DNA from: an uncultured Acutalibacter sp. | GTDB taxonomy: Bacteria; Bacillota; Clostridia; Oscillospirales; Acutalibacteraceae | Assembly (NCBI GenBank): GCA_964642055.1 | Contig: CAZXLM010000002.1 | Location: 3,793 to 67,792, forward strand | Length of the DNA: 64,000 bases | Direction: 5' to 3' | Shown: one piece after another, positions 22,394 through 31,186 of the stretch | Layout of the letters: every line of letters begins with the position of its first letter | How positions within the stretch are numbered: position 1 is the stretch's first letter | Translations under genes and position numbers: made by a program | The notes under the pieces: model-generated | Told to the model about the DNA's origin: nothing | What the model saw: the letters and a program-made list of their open reading frames with translations, nothing else | Databases searched by the model: none

Positions 22394-23374
22394 TCATCGG
22401 CGTCCCGCGCCGCCGCCCCGGGAACCGCCGCCCCCGTGGAAGCCGCCGGAACGTCCTCCTCCGGAGAAACCGCCCCGGGAACCGCCAAAGCCGCCGGAAC
22501 GCCCGCCTCCGGAAAAGCCGCCGAATCCTCCAAAGCCGCTGCCGCCTCTGGGAGGCCGGGGACCGGGGCCGAACCCGCCGGGAGGCGGGGGTGGAGGGGG
22601 CGCGCCGTACCAGCGCCTGCGCCGGCCGTTCAGCATACTGCCCCAGAACATGCCGCGCCAGAAGCCGCCGCCACCGCCGTTTCCGGGACCACCCCTGCCG
22701 CCGCCGGACAAAGCCCGGATCACGGCAATGATGACCACCACAACAACGATGAGCACCACAATGCGAATAACAAAGCTCACCAGCGTCATCAAAAAGCCGG
22801 TGCGCGAAGATCTATCGGAGAACTCATAACCATCGTCGTAGGCTTCCCCGGTATTATCGTACTCATCGTCATAGGAATAGGCGCTCAACTCGGAAAAAGC
22901 CGCGTCAAAGAACTTCTTCGCCCCGGCGTCGTAATTTCCCACGGCGAAATCCGGTTCCAGATACTCGTCCAGCAGGTCCTGTATTTTCCCGCCGTCGAAA
23001 TAGTCTTCTATCCCGTATCCTGATTGGGCGTAATAATTGTCCTCGCCAATGGCCATGACCAGCAGGATTCCGTTGTTCCGCTCCTCTGAGCCCACGCCCC
23101 AGGTGTTGAACATGTCATAGGCATAGTCTTCTATGCTTTCTCCGTCCAGGAAATCCACGGCGGCAATGACAATTTCCCCGCCGGTCTTTTCAAACAGCCT
23201 CTGGTTTTGGGAAACGATATCCCGCTCCGTGGCGTCTGACAGCACTCCGGCCTGGTCCAGCACATATTTGTTGTCCGGACGGTTCGGCACGACAGCCAGG
23301 GCGGGCATGGAAACAGCCGCGAAAAGCGCCGCCGTCAGGCACAGGGCAAAAAGACGGGAAAGATATTTTTTCAT
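22394..23374 (-). CDS. TPM-domain protein (YgcG-like) with Gly/Arg/Phe-rich tail
   Basis: Signal peptide, then TPM block VLDQAGVLSDATERDIV...GGEIVIAAVDFLDG, a TM segment, and about 100 aa of GGF/RGG/PPPPPPP low complexity. Confidence 0.8.
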   Translation of the reverse strand: MKKYLSRLFALCLTAALFAAVSMPALAVVPNRPDNKYVLDQAGVLSDATERDIVSQNQRLFEKTGGEIVIAAVDFLDGESIEDYAYDMFNTWGVGSEERNNGILLVMAIGEDNYYAQSGYGIEDYFDGGKIQDLLDEYLEPDFAVGNYDAGAKKFFDAAFSELSAYSYDDEYDNTGEAYDDGYEFSDRSSRTGFLMTLVSFVIRIVVLIVVVVVIIAVIRALSGGGRGGPGNGGGGGFWRGMFWGSMLNGRRRRWYGAPPPPPPPGGFGPGPRPPRGGSGFGGFGGFSGGGRSGGFGGSRGGFSGGGRSGGFHGGGGSRGGGAGRR

Positions 23375-23460
23375 TACGCAGCCCCCTAAAAAATCAAGGC
23401 CGGATCGCTCCGGCTTTGATAAATTTTTCATTGCTTCGTGAAACGAGCAAACTCTGTCCT

Positions 23461-24015
23461 TTACTCGAAAACGCCCATAGGCTCTGCGCCGGTAAGCTCT
23501 GCAAGGAACCCGGCGGGAATGCTTTGCAGCTTTGCGTTGTACTCCCGGGCCCCATCGTTGTAGCTGCTGCGCATGAGTTTATCCTGCTCGGATTCCAGTT
23601 CGGCGATCAGCTGCCGGGGATATTTTGCGTCCTTTTCGTCCAGCTCCACCTTCTCCAGCTGCTCATAAAGCGCCTGGGAAGCCTCTGCCAAAAGGCGATA
23701 GGATTCCACCTCTTTCAGCTCTCCGGGCCCATAAAAATTTTCGCAGAACTCCGCCCGATAGGAAAGCTCGGTGATATAAGGATCCAGCTCCGGAAAGCGC
23801 TCCACATAGCGCTCTGCCAGGGTAAGAAAATTCTGGGCGGTTCCCAGCTGCTTCTCCAACCCCTCGTAAATCGCATAGCCGGTGCTATCGTAATAATAAG
23901 CATCCTCCAGCGTTTCTTCCCGCAGGCGGTCAAAGGAACGGTTCGCCCCCAGCGGCAGGGAAAGGACAATGGCCGCCGCCATGATAAAGGCTCCGATCAC
24001 ATTTTTCTTTTTCAT
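23461..24015 (-). CDS. LemA-like membrane-anchored protein (tentative)
   Basis: N-terminal anchor, helical body, and a C-terminus (GAREYNAKLQSIPAGFLAELTG) resembling the LemA C-terminal block. Its position next to the TPM gene fits LemA-TPM pairs. Confidence 0.45.
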   Translation of the reverse strand: MKKKNVIGAFIMAAAIVLSLPLGANRSFDRLREETLEDAYYYDSTGYAIYEGLEKQLGTAQNFLTLAERYVERFPELDPYITELSYRAEFCENFYGPGELKEVESYRLLAEASQALYEQLEKVELDEKDAKYPRQLIAELESEQDKLMRSSYNDGAREYNAKLQSIPAGFLAELTGAEPMGVFE

Positions 24016-24113
24016 AGCTTCCAAGGCTCCTTCAAGGCAGCGCGCCGCGCCAGCAGAAACCCAGCGCTCTTGCCCTTATCTAACAACTAACAACTAAAAG
24101 CTAACAACTAACT

Positions 24114-25286
24114 TCACTGGTGGATATCCAGAAGCTTCTGCTTCAGTTCGCCCTCCAGTTTGCCGATTTCCTGCTCCGCGGCACGGCGCTTGGCTCTGCC
24201 CTCGTCCTGGATCTTTACCACCTCGTCCAGGGTTTGGATCAAAGACTGGTTTGTGATGCGCAGCGTTTCCATATCCACCACGCCCCGCTCAGATTCCTTG
24301 GCAGTCTCGATAGTGCTCATCTTCAGCTTCTCCGCGTTCTTGCGCAGGAGCTGATTGGTCATATCCGACACCTCCCGCTGGGCCTTCACGGCCTGGGCGG
24401 AATGGGCCACGCCCAAAGCCAGCACCATTTGGCTCTTCCAGAGGGGAATGGTGTTTACCAGGGTGGACTGTATCTTTTCCGTCATCAGCTTGTCGTTGTT
24501 CTGCACCAGACGGATCTGGGGGGACATTTGAACGCTGACCATGCGGGTCAGCTCCAAATCGTGCAGCTTTTTCTCAAAATTATCGCACAGCTGAGCAAAA
24601 TCGTTGGCGGCCTGAGCGTCCTCCGCAAGACCTGTCTGCTTTGCCTTATTTTGCAGCTCCACCAGTGTGGTGGTCCGCTCCTGCTGCAATTTCTTTTTGC
24701 CCGCGATGATGTACATGGAAAGCTCTTTGTGATAGTTCAGGTTCATCTCATAGAGCTTGTCGAGCATGACCACGTCTTTCATCAGCTGTACCTGATGGTT
24801 TTCCAGGGCGGCGGCGATCTTATCCACGTTGGCTTCGGCGCTGTCGTACTTCGCCTTCATAGCGGTGATTTTATTGCCGGTGTTCTTGAACCAGCCGAAC
24901 AGGCCCTTTTTTTCCTCCTCGTCAATGTCAAAGCCCTTGAGCTCCACCACCAGACTGGAGATTTCGTCCCCGATCTCTCCCAGGTCTTTGGTGCGCACTT
25001 TATCCAGAGCCGTGTCTGAAAAGGAAGCTATCTTCTTCTGGGCGGCAGAACCGTATTGCAGCACCAGCGTGCTGTTAGTCAGGTCAATTTTCTGGGAAAA
25101 TTCGTCTACAACCTTCCGCTCCTCCGGCGTCAGGCTGGATTCGTCCAGCACCACCGGCTCCACTTTCTGCTCCTCCGGCTTTTCCTCGGGTGTCAGAGTA
25201 AGGGCGGGGCTTTGGGCGCCCTCCAAAGTCAAAGACGGGGCCTTGGGCTCCTCCGCTTCCAATGTCAATTTGATCTCGTCGCTCAT
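24114..25286 (-). CDS. telA: Toxic anion resistance protein (TelA/YaaN family)
   Basis: TelA-type N-terminal region (LTPEERKVVDEFSQKIDLTNS..LQYGSAAQKKIASFSD) followed by a long helical body. Confidence 0.85.
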   Translation of the reverse strand: MSDEIKLTLEAEEPKAPSLTLEGAQSPALTLTPEEKPEEQKVEPVVLDESSLTPEERKVVDEFSQKIDLTNSTLVLQYGSAAQKKIASFSDTALDKVRTKDLGEIGDEISSLVVELKGFDIDEEEKKGLFGWFKNTGNKITAMKAKYDSAEANVDKIAAALENHQVQLMKDVVMLDKLYEMNLNYHKELSMYIIAGKKKLQQERTTTLVELQNKAKQTGLAEDAQAANDFAQLCDNFEKKLHDLELTRMVSVQMSPQIRLVQNNDKLMTEKIQSTLVNTIPLWKSQMVLALGVAHSAQAVKAQREVSDMTNQLLRKNAEKLKMSTIETAKESERGVVDMETLRITNQSLIQTLDEVVKIQDEGRAKRRAAEQEIGKLEGELKQKLLDIHQ

Positions 25287-25342
25287 GCTGCTTCTTCCTT
25301 TCCTCACCGTTCCTCAGATTTTCAGTGCCGTGCTTTTCGGGC

Positions 25343-26449
25343 TTACTTTTTTTCCTCCACGAACCCTTCCTGCTTCAAGAGCGTTTCAAACACGGAAATG
25401 TCCGCGGAGATATCCATGGCCTCGTCGGTAAACAGGGAATCCAGCTGCTTTTCAAAGGCGTCCGCCACTGTGTGCATCATGCCTGCAATATTGAACATGG
25501 AGGAGGTAATGTTCTCTCCCTTGACCGACTGGGCGGAAAGCCGCTGATAGCTGTTCAAAAGCTTCAGGGTGGTGGGCAGATAGTAATTCATGAATTTCCG
25601 TATCTGCGGGGCCTTTCCCGGGTGTTCTCCGATATACCGGAAAATATCGGCGGCAGCCTTTTCCATGCGGCTGATATCCTCGGTAAGCGTCTCGTCGGGG
25701 ATAGCAGCGTTGGCGGCCCGCAGCTTTTTCAGGTATTCGTTGCCCTCGTCGATAATTTTATCCACTTCAGGATTTCCTGTTTTGGAGGGCTTTTCCTCCG
25801 GCTGCTTCGGCGCTTCTTCCTTTTTAGCTTTCGGCTTTTCAGGCTCTATGGGAACAAATTCCTTTTTGCCCCGGAACAGCTTTCCGGAAAGCAGGAAAAC
25901 GCCGGTCAGCACCAGCGCGAATACGATAAAATGGGAGACTTCATATAGGGGAAAATTCAATGCGTAGATCAGCGCCGCGGCGCCCGTAATATAAAATTTT
26001 GCCGGGCTTCCCTTATGCACCAGCTTCATCTGAGGCATCTGCGGAGCCGGCGCGGGATTGACCCCCGCAGGCTTCCGGCCGGGGTGAACGGTCTGCGCCC
26101 CGGGCGTCTGCGCTCTGGGGGGACGTGTCCCGGCAGTCTGTGTCCCGGCAGTCTGCGGTCCTGTGGGGCGGGGGCTGCCATATTGATATTGATAGGAATA
26201 TTCTCCTTTGGGCGTTTTAGCAGTTTGAACGTTCGGCGGCGGCGCAGTCCGGCCCATCTGCTGGGCTCGGCGAACCGACCGTTTCATCACAGGGGAAATT
26301 TCTTCCAGAGCGATGTTTAATCCGTCGGCGGCTTTTCCCAGCCCTTCGGCGATCTTATCCGCCACAGGAGCGCCTGTGCTCTGCAACGTTCTATATATCT
26401 GAGAGGAACGGAACTCCTCTTCCACAGTCCTTTTGCCGTTGTTGTTCAT
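25343..26449 (-). CDS. xpaC: XpaC-like (5-bromo-4-chloroindolyl phosphate hydrolysis protein family) membrane protein
   Basis: Two central TM segments and a C-terminal helical domain. It sits immediately upstream of telA, as in the B. subtilis xpaC-yaaN pair. The N-terminal half is a low-complexity P/G/T/Q repeat. Confidence 0.65.
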   Translation of the reverse strand: MNNNGKRTVEEEFRSSQIYRTLQSTGAPVADKIAEGLGKAADGLNIALEEISPVMKRSVRRAQQMGRTAPPPNVQTAKTPKGEYSYQYQYGSPRPTGPQTAGTQTAGTRPPRAQTPGAQTVHPGRKPAGVNPAPAPQMPQMKLVHKGSPAKFYITGAAALIYALNFPLYEVSHFIVFALVLTGVFLLSGKLFRGKKEFVPIEPEKPKAKKEEAPKQPEEKPSKTGNPEVDKIIDEGNEYLKKLRAANAAIPDETLTEDISRMEKAAADIFRYIGEHPGKAPQIRKFMNYYLPTTLKLLNSYQRLSAQSVKGENITSSMFNIAGMMHTVADAFEKQLDSLFTDEAMDISADISVFETLLKQEGFVEEKK

Positions 26450-26564
26450 TGCGTCTCCTTCGCCTTGTCGGGACCATGGTCCCGCAAAAAGAATCTATAC
26501 AAACTTATTGTACGTTGAAACCGGCCTCGTGTCAACTGAAATCTGAACGGGAAAAGCCCTCCGT

Positions 26565-27488
26565 TCAATGGATATCCTCTATTCGGGAAACCATTTGCCG
26601 CACCATCTCTCCGGTGGCGATCCCGTTGGAAAACGCGGTGGCCGCTCCCGCCGCCACGCCCCAGCGCAGGGCGTCCTCCGGCGTGTTGCAACGCGCCCAG
26701 CCGTACAGGAACCCGGCTACAAGGGAATCTCCCGCGCCCACAGTGGATACGGCTTTTCCCTTTACCGTCCCGCAGAACAGGCTCCTGCCATCTTCGCTCA
26801 CCAGAAGCGCTCCCTTTTCCCCCATCGAGACGACAATATTCCGGGCTCCTTTTTCCTGCAGGATCCGAGCATATTCCTCTGCCTCGGCCATATCCTTTAT
26901 CTCCGTCTGGAACAGCTCTCCCAGCTCCTCCAGATTCGGCTTGATCAGAAATGGCCGCAGGGGCAGGACGGCACGGAGTGCCTCACCGGTGGTATCCACC
27001 ACGGTGAGAAGGTCCTTACCTTCCGCCTGATTCAGCAGCCGGGCGTAAACGTCCTGTGAAAGGGAGGGCGGAACGCTGCCCGCCAACACCAGACTGCCGC
27101 CCGGCTTCAACTGGGCCAGCCTTTCGCCCAGCCGGTCCACCGCTTCCTGAGAAATGACCGGGCCGCTTCCGTTAAGATCCGTTTCTTCGCCGCCGGGGAG
27201 ACATATCTTCAAGTTGATCCGAGAATGGGCGCCCTCCAAAAACAGGAAATCTGTTTTGCACCCGGCTTCCTCCATCAGTCTGACGAGCTCCCGGCCGGTA
27301 AACCCGGCCGCAATGCCCAGCGCCGTACTTTCCACGCCCAGAGATGTAAGCAGCAGGGAAACATTGACTCCTTTTCCTCCCGGCCTGAAGAAACAGCTTT
27401 TATAGCCGTTGATCTTCCCTTTTTCAAGCCGCTCCGGGAATACGATATAGTCGATAGCGGGGTTCAGGGTTACGGTGCTTACCAGCAT
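26565..27488 (-). CDS. 1-phosphofructokinase family hexose-phosphate kinase (PfkB family)
   Basis: TLNPAIDY N-terminus, GGKGVNVS, and C-terminal GAGDSLVAGF. Confidence 0.85.
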   Translation of the reverse strand: MLVSTVTLNPAIDYIVFPERLEKGKINGYKSCFFRPGGKGVNVSLLLTSLGVESTALGIAAGFTGRELVRLMEEAGCKTDFLFLEGAHSRINLKICLPGGEETDLNGSGPVISQEAVDRLGERLAQLKPGGSLVLAGSVPPSLSQDVYARLLNQAEGKDLLTVVDTTGEALRAVLPLRPFLIKPNLEELGELFQTEIKDMAEAEEYARILQEKGARNIVVSMGEKGALLVSEDGRSLFCGTVKGKAVSTVGAGDSLVAGFLYGWARCNTPEDALRWGVAAGAATAFSNGIATGEMVRQMVSRIEDIH

Positions 27489-27680
27489 ACTCTCACAACC
27501 TTACAATATTCTTAAAAGATTCTATCACTTTAGAAAAATTTTTTCAAACCCAGCCGTCCGCGTATTTTCCCAGCCGGACCGGGAACGCTACCTAATGCTT
27601 TCAACAAAACCGGCGACCGCCGGGAAGATTCCGTCCCGCTGCTTAGAGACGGGAAAATTCAAAGAAAGGGTGCTTTATTC

Positions 27681-28001
27681 ATGATAAGAAAAAGACTTTT
27701 AGTGTTCACCGCGTGCTGCGTCCTGTCCCTTCTGCTGTCAGGCTGCGCGAACAACGCCCGGGAAACGGTCTCCGAGGCGGCCTCCAAGGTCGGAGAAGCC
27801 GTATCCCGCGTAGGCGAAGACGTCAGCGAGACCATGAGCCGGGCTGAGTCCTTCCTGGAGGGCAGTCATTCCCGCACGGAAAGCTCCCGGCTGGACAACG
27901 ACACCGATTCCTCCCGGCTGGGCGACGACTTGAACGGTTCTTCCTATCTTCCGGAAGGCAGCTCCCATATGGGCAGCGAAGCTTCCTCCGGCCTGTCCTG
28001 A
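27681..28001 (+). CDS. Small lipoprotein, Ser/Glu-rich and probably disordered
   Basis: Lipobox LLLSGC after a hydrophobic signal. A terminator hairpin follows (CCGCCGCCGC..GCGGCGG plus a T-run). Confidence 0.6.
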   Translation: MIRKRLLVFTACCVLSLLLSGCANNARETVSEAASKVGEAVSRVGEDVSETMSRAESFLEGSHSRTESSRLDNDTDSSRLGDDLNGSSYLPEGSSHMGSEASSGLS

Positions 28002-28151
28002 ACCCGGATCGCGATCCATCAGAATACCGCCGCCGCATTTTCCGCGGCGGTTTTTTCTTTGCCAAAATATAAGGGGAAACGCATTGAAAGCCCCGGCGGC
28101 TTGTGCTATACTAAGACGTAGTTTTCAGAATTTTAGAAAAGGATCTTTCAC

Positions 28152-28862
28152 ATGGTAAAATGCGCCATTTTCGATGCGGACGGCACGCTGCTGGACTCCA
28201 TGCCCATGTGGCGGGACATTACCTATGAATACCCCGATTCCAAAGGTATTTCCGTACCGGAGGGGCTGCACAAAACCATGAACCGCATGAGCCTGGAGCA
28301 GTGCGCCGCGCTTTACCGGCAGCTGGGCGTGCCCGGCTCTGCCGCAGAAGTGGAGGGCGAGCTTGCCGCGTGGGCACTTATGGGCTACCGGGAGCGAGTG
28401 GGGGAAAAGCCCCGGGCCGGAGATTTTTTAAAGCTGCTGCACAAAAACGGCATAAAAATTGCCGTCGCCACCGCGTCCAATGAGGAAGGCGTCCGGGCTG
28501 CTTTAGACCGCCTGAACATGCTCCCTTTTGTAGACTGCCTTTTTACCTGCGCCCAGGTGGGAAAATCTAAGGATGAGCCCGATATTTTTTTACGCTGCGC
28601 AGAAGAATTCGGCGCGGCTTCGAGGGAATGCGTCGTCTTTGAGGATTCCTTTTACGCCCTGCGCACGGCAAAAGCCGCCGGTTTTCCTACTGTGGCCGTG
28701 GAAGACGGCATTTCCGGCGACGGTGGCGTGGAGGAAGAAACCCCTGCGGGGATCGCCGCTTTGGCGGACCGCTATATCAAAAGCTACGGAGAGCTTATTG
28801 AAGAACTGACACCGTCGGAGGACGATTTTCCCGGCGCTCTGTCACAAAGCCTGGGAAAATAG
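28152..28862 (+). CDS. HAD-family phosphatase (beta-phosphoglucomutase-like subfamily)
   Basis: FDADGTLLDS motif I, ATAS motif II and a C-terminal FEDS motif. Confidence 0.85.
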   Translation: MVKCAIFDADGTLLDSMPMWRDITYEYPDSKGISVPEGLHKTMNRMSLEQCAALYRQLGVPGSAAEVEGELAAWALMGYRERVGEKPRAGDFLKLLHKNGIKIAVATASNEEGVRAALDRLNMLPFVDCLFTCAQVGKSKDEPDIFLRCAEEFGAASRECVVFEDSFYALRTAKAAGFPTVAVEDGISGDGGVEEETPAGIAALADRYIKSYGELIEELTPSEDDFPGALSQSLGK

Positions 28863-28913
28863 CTTTTCCGTTTCAGGACACAATAAAACACCATGTTAGG
28901 AGCGAACCTTTTT

Positions 28914-30311
28914 ATGTCGCGTTTCCGCGAAAAATACATAGGAAACAGGGCTTTCTACGCCACGGTCATGCACCTGGTGCTGCCCATGATCGTTCAGCAG
29001 GGCATCACCCAGTTTGTAAATCTGCTGGATAATGTGATGGTGGGCAGGCTTGGCACGAACCCCATGTCCGGCGTGGCCATCGTCAACCAGATCGTGTTCA
29101 TTTTCAACCTGACCATTTTCGGCGGGTTGTCCGGGGCTTCTATTTTCGGCGCCCAGTTCTTCGGCAAGAAAGACAATAACGGCGTGCGGGACACCTTCCG
29201 TTTCCGTATGCTGTTCTCTGCTGCGGTTTTGTTGCTGGGCATTGGCATTTTCCTGCTGTTCGGCCAGCAGCTGTTCGGTCTGTATCTCAACGAGGGAGCT
29301 TCCAGCCCGGCGGATATCGCCGCCACCATGGCATACGCTAAAAGCTATATGTATGTCATTCTGTGGGGCCTGCTTCCCTTTGTGGCTGTGCAGTGCTTTT
29401 CCAGCGTCCTGCGGGACGCCGGGGAAACGGTTTCCCCCATGATCGCCAGCGTCATTGCCATTCTGGTGAACCTGGTCTTAAACTACCTGCTGATTTTCGG
29501 CAGCTTCGGCTTCCCCAAAATGGGCGTGGCCGGCGCGGCCCTGGCTACGGTGATCGCCCGATACCTGGAGGCCTTCTACCTGATCTTCCGCACCTACCGG
29601 CACAGGGAGAGGTTCCCTTTCTTAAAGGGCGCTTTCCGCAGCCTGCGGGTGCCTCTGTCCCTGTGTAAACGCATTGCCGTCACCGGCACGCCCCTGCTGC
29701 TCAACGAGTTTTTGTGGTCCCTAGGCATGGCGGCAATCCAGGTGTGCTACGCCACCCGGGGCCTTACGGCTGTGGCCGCGGTCAACATTGAATCCACCGT
29801 ATACAATCTCTTTTCCATTTTGATTATGGCATCGGGAAACGCCGTGGGCATTCTTTCCGGCCAGCTTTTAGGGGCTAACGACATCGAAGGCGCCAAAGAC
29901 GCTGTGCGCAAGCTCCTGTTTCTTACGGTGGCCGCCAACACGGTGGTAGGGCTGATCATCATCGGCGCTTCCCCCTTTATCCCTTATATTTACAATACCG
30001 AACCCATCGTGCGGGAGACCGCCACCCGGCTGCTCATGGTGATCGGCTGCTTCATGCCCCTGATGTCCTATATCAACGGCTGCTATTTTACCATTCGATC
30101 CGGAGGGAAGACCTTTATCACTTTCCTGTTCGACTGTGTGTTCACCTGGGTGGTCTGTCTGCCCATTGCCTATCTCAGCTGCACCTATACCGGCCTGTCC
30201 GTAGTGGGGGTCTTCTTCTGCGTACAGTGCGCGGATATCATTAAGGTCATCATCGGCGCCGTTATGCTCCATTCCGGCATCTGGGCCAACAATGTGGTCA
30301 ACGAACCGTAG
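28914..30311 (+). CDS. MATE family efflux transporter
   Basis: 12-TM protein whose N-terminus (P.IVQQGITQFVNLLDNVMVGRLG) is typical of MATE/NorM. An AGGAG SD precedes ATG 28914. Confidence 0.85.
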   Translation: MSRFREKYIGNRAFYATVMHLVLPMIVQQGITQFVNLLDNVMVGRLGTNPMSGVAIVNQIVFIFNLTIFGGLSGASIFGAQFFGKKDNNGVRDTFRFRMLFSAAVLLLGIGIFLLFGQQLFGLYLNEGASSPADIAATMAYAKSYMYVILWGLLPFVAVQCFSSVLRDAGETVSPMIASVIAILVNLVLNYLLIFGSFGFPKMGVAGAALATVIARYLEAFYLIFRTYRHRERFPFLKGAFRSLRVPLSLCKRIAVTGTPLLLNEFLWSLGMAAIQVCYATRGLTAVAAVNIESTVYNLFSILIMASGNAVGILSGQLLGANDIEGAKDAVRKLLFLTVAANTVVGLIIIGASPFIPYIYNTEPIVRETATRLLMVIGCFMPLMSYINGCYFTIRSGGKTFITFLFDCVFTWVVCLPIAYLSCTYTGLSVVGVFFCVQCADIIKVIIGAVMLHSGIWANNVVNEP

Positions 30312-30374
30312 AACGATATAAACGCTTCTGCGTTTATTTTACACTTGAATTTTGCGAAAGGAAGCGTGTAAGTT

Positions 30375-31088
30375 TTGAGGAATACGGAAGGCTATCAGTA
30401 TCGGTATGAAATGCACTGCCACACCAGCTGGTGCAGCGGCTGCGCTCACAGTACGCCAACGGAAATGGCGGCGGCCTATTATAAAAAGGGATATGCCGGC
30501 ATGGTGATAACGGATCATTTTCTCCGGGGAAACAGCGCGGTAGACAGGACCCTTCCCTGGGAAGAAAAGATGAAGCGGTATTACGAAGCCTATGAAGCCG
30601 CCAGAGACTGGGCGGAGGGAAAGGATTTCCACGTACTGTTCGGCCTGGAGCACGCCTACGGCGGCGGCAAGGAGGTGCTGACTTACGGTATCGATCTGCC
30701 CTTCCTGCTGGAGCATGTAAATCTGCACATGTATCCCCTGGAAGACTACGCTAGGTTTGTCCACGAGGCGGGAGGCTTCCTCTCCATGGCCCACCCCTTC
30801 CGGGAGCGGGACTATATCGACCCCAATATAAAACCCCAGCCCAAATACCTGGACGGGGCGGAGATATTCAATTTTTACAACCACGGAAACGAAAATAAGC
30901 GGGCCGCCGTATTTGCGGAAAAATACGGCCTTCTGCCCACCTCCGGCGGGGACGAACACATCGATACCGGCGCTTCCATCGGCATGGCCGGCATCGCCCT
31001 CAAAGCTCCCGTCGATACGGGAAAAGAACTGGTAGAGGTCCTCAAGAGCGGAGATTACCGGCTGGTCATCAACGGAGAGCTCGTGTAA
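30375..31088 (+). CDS. PHP-domain metal-dependent phosphoesterase
   Basis: EMHCHTSWCS N-terminal His motif, HPFRE, and GGDEH near the C-terminus. TTG start as given in the track. Confidence 0.7.
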   Translation: MRNTEGYQYRYEMHCHTSWCSGCAHSTPTEMAAAYYKKGYAGMVITDHFLRGNSAVDRTLPWEEKMKRYYEAYEAARDWAEGKDFHVLFGLEHAYGGGKEVLTYGIDLPFLLEHVNLHMYPLEDYARFVHEAGGFLSMAHPFRERDYIDPNIKPQPKYLDGAEIFNFYNHGNENKRAAVFAEKYGLLPTSGGDEHIDTGASIGMAGIALKAPVDTGKELVEVLKSGDYRLVINGELV

Positions 31089-31130
31089 ATGAAAGATGCT
31101 CCCTGCCTTACAGCATAGGAATTCAAAAAA

Positions 31131-31176
31131 AGAAAGTCCCGCTTGTTCTGTTTAGGGAGAACAAGCGGGGCTTTCT
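31131..31176. terminator. Bidirectional terminator between the PHP gene and the SLH gene
   Basis: 19-bp stem AGAAAGTCCCGCTTGTTCT / AGAACAAGCGGGGCTTTCT, flanked by an A-run and a T-run. Confidence 0.75.
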
Positions 31177-31186
31177 TTATCTTTTT

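Noticed and set aside
21834-22829. 331-aa Pro-rich plus-strand ORF (PPREPPPPWKPPERPPPEKPP...).
   Set aside because: It is the reverse-complement reading of the Gly-rich tail of the TPM protein and of the HAD gene. The Pro repeats mirror the GGN codon repeats.
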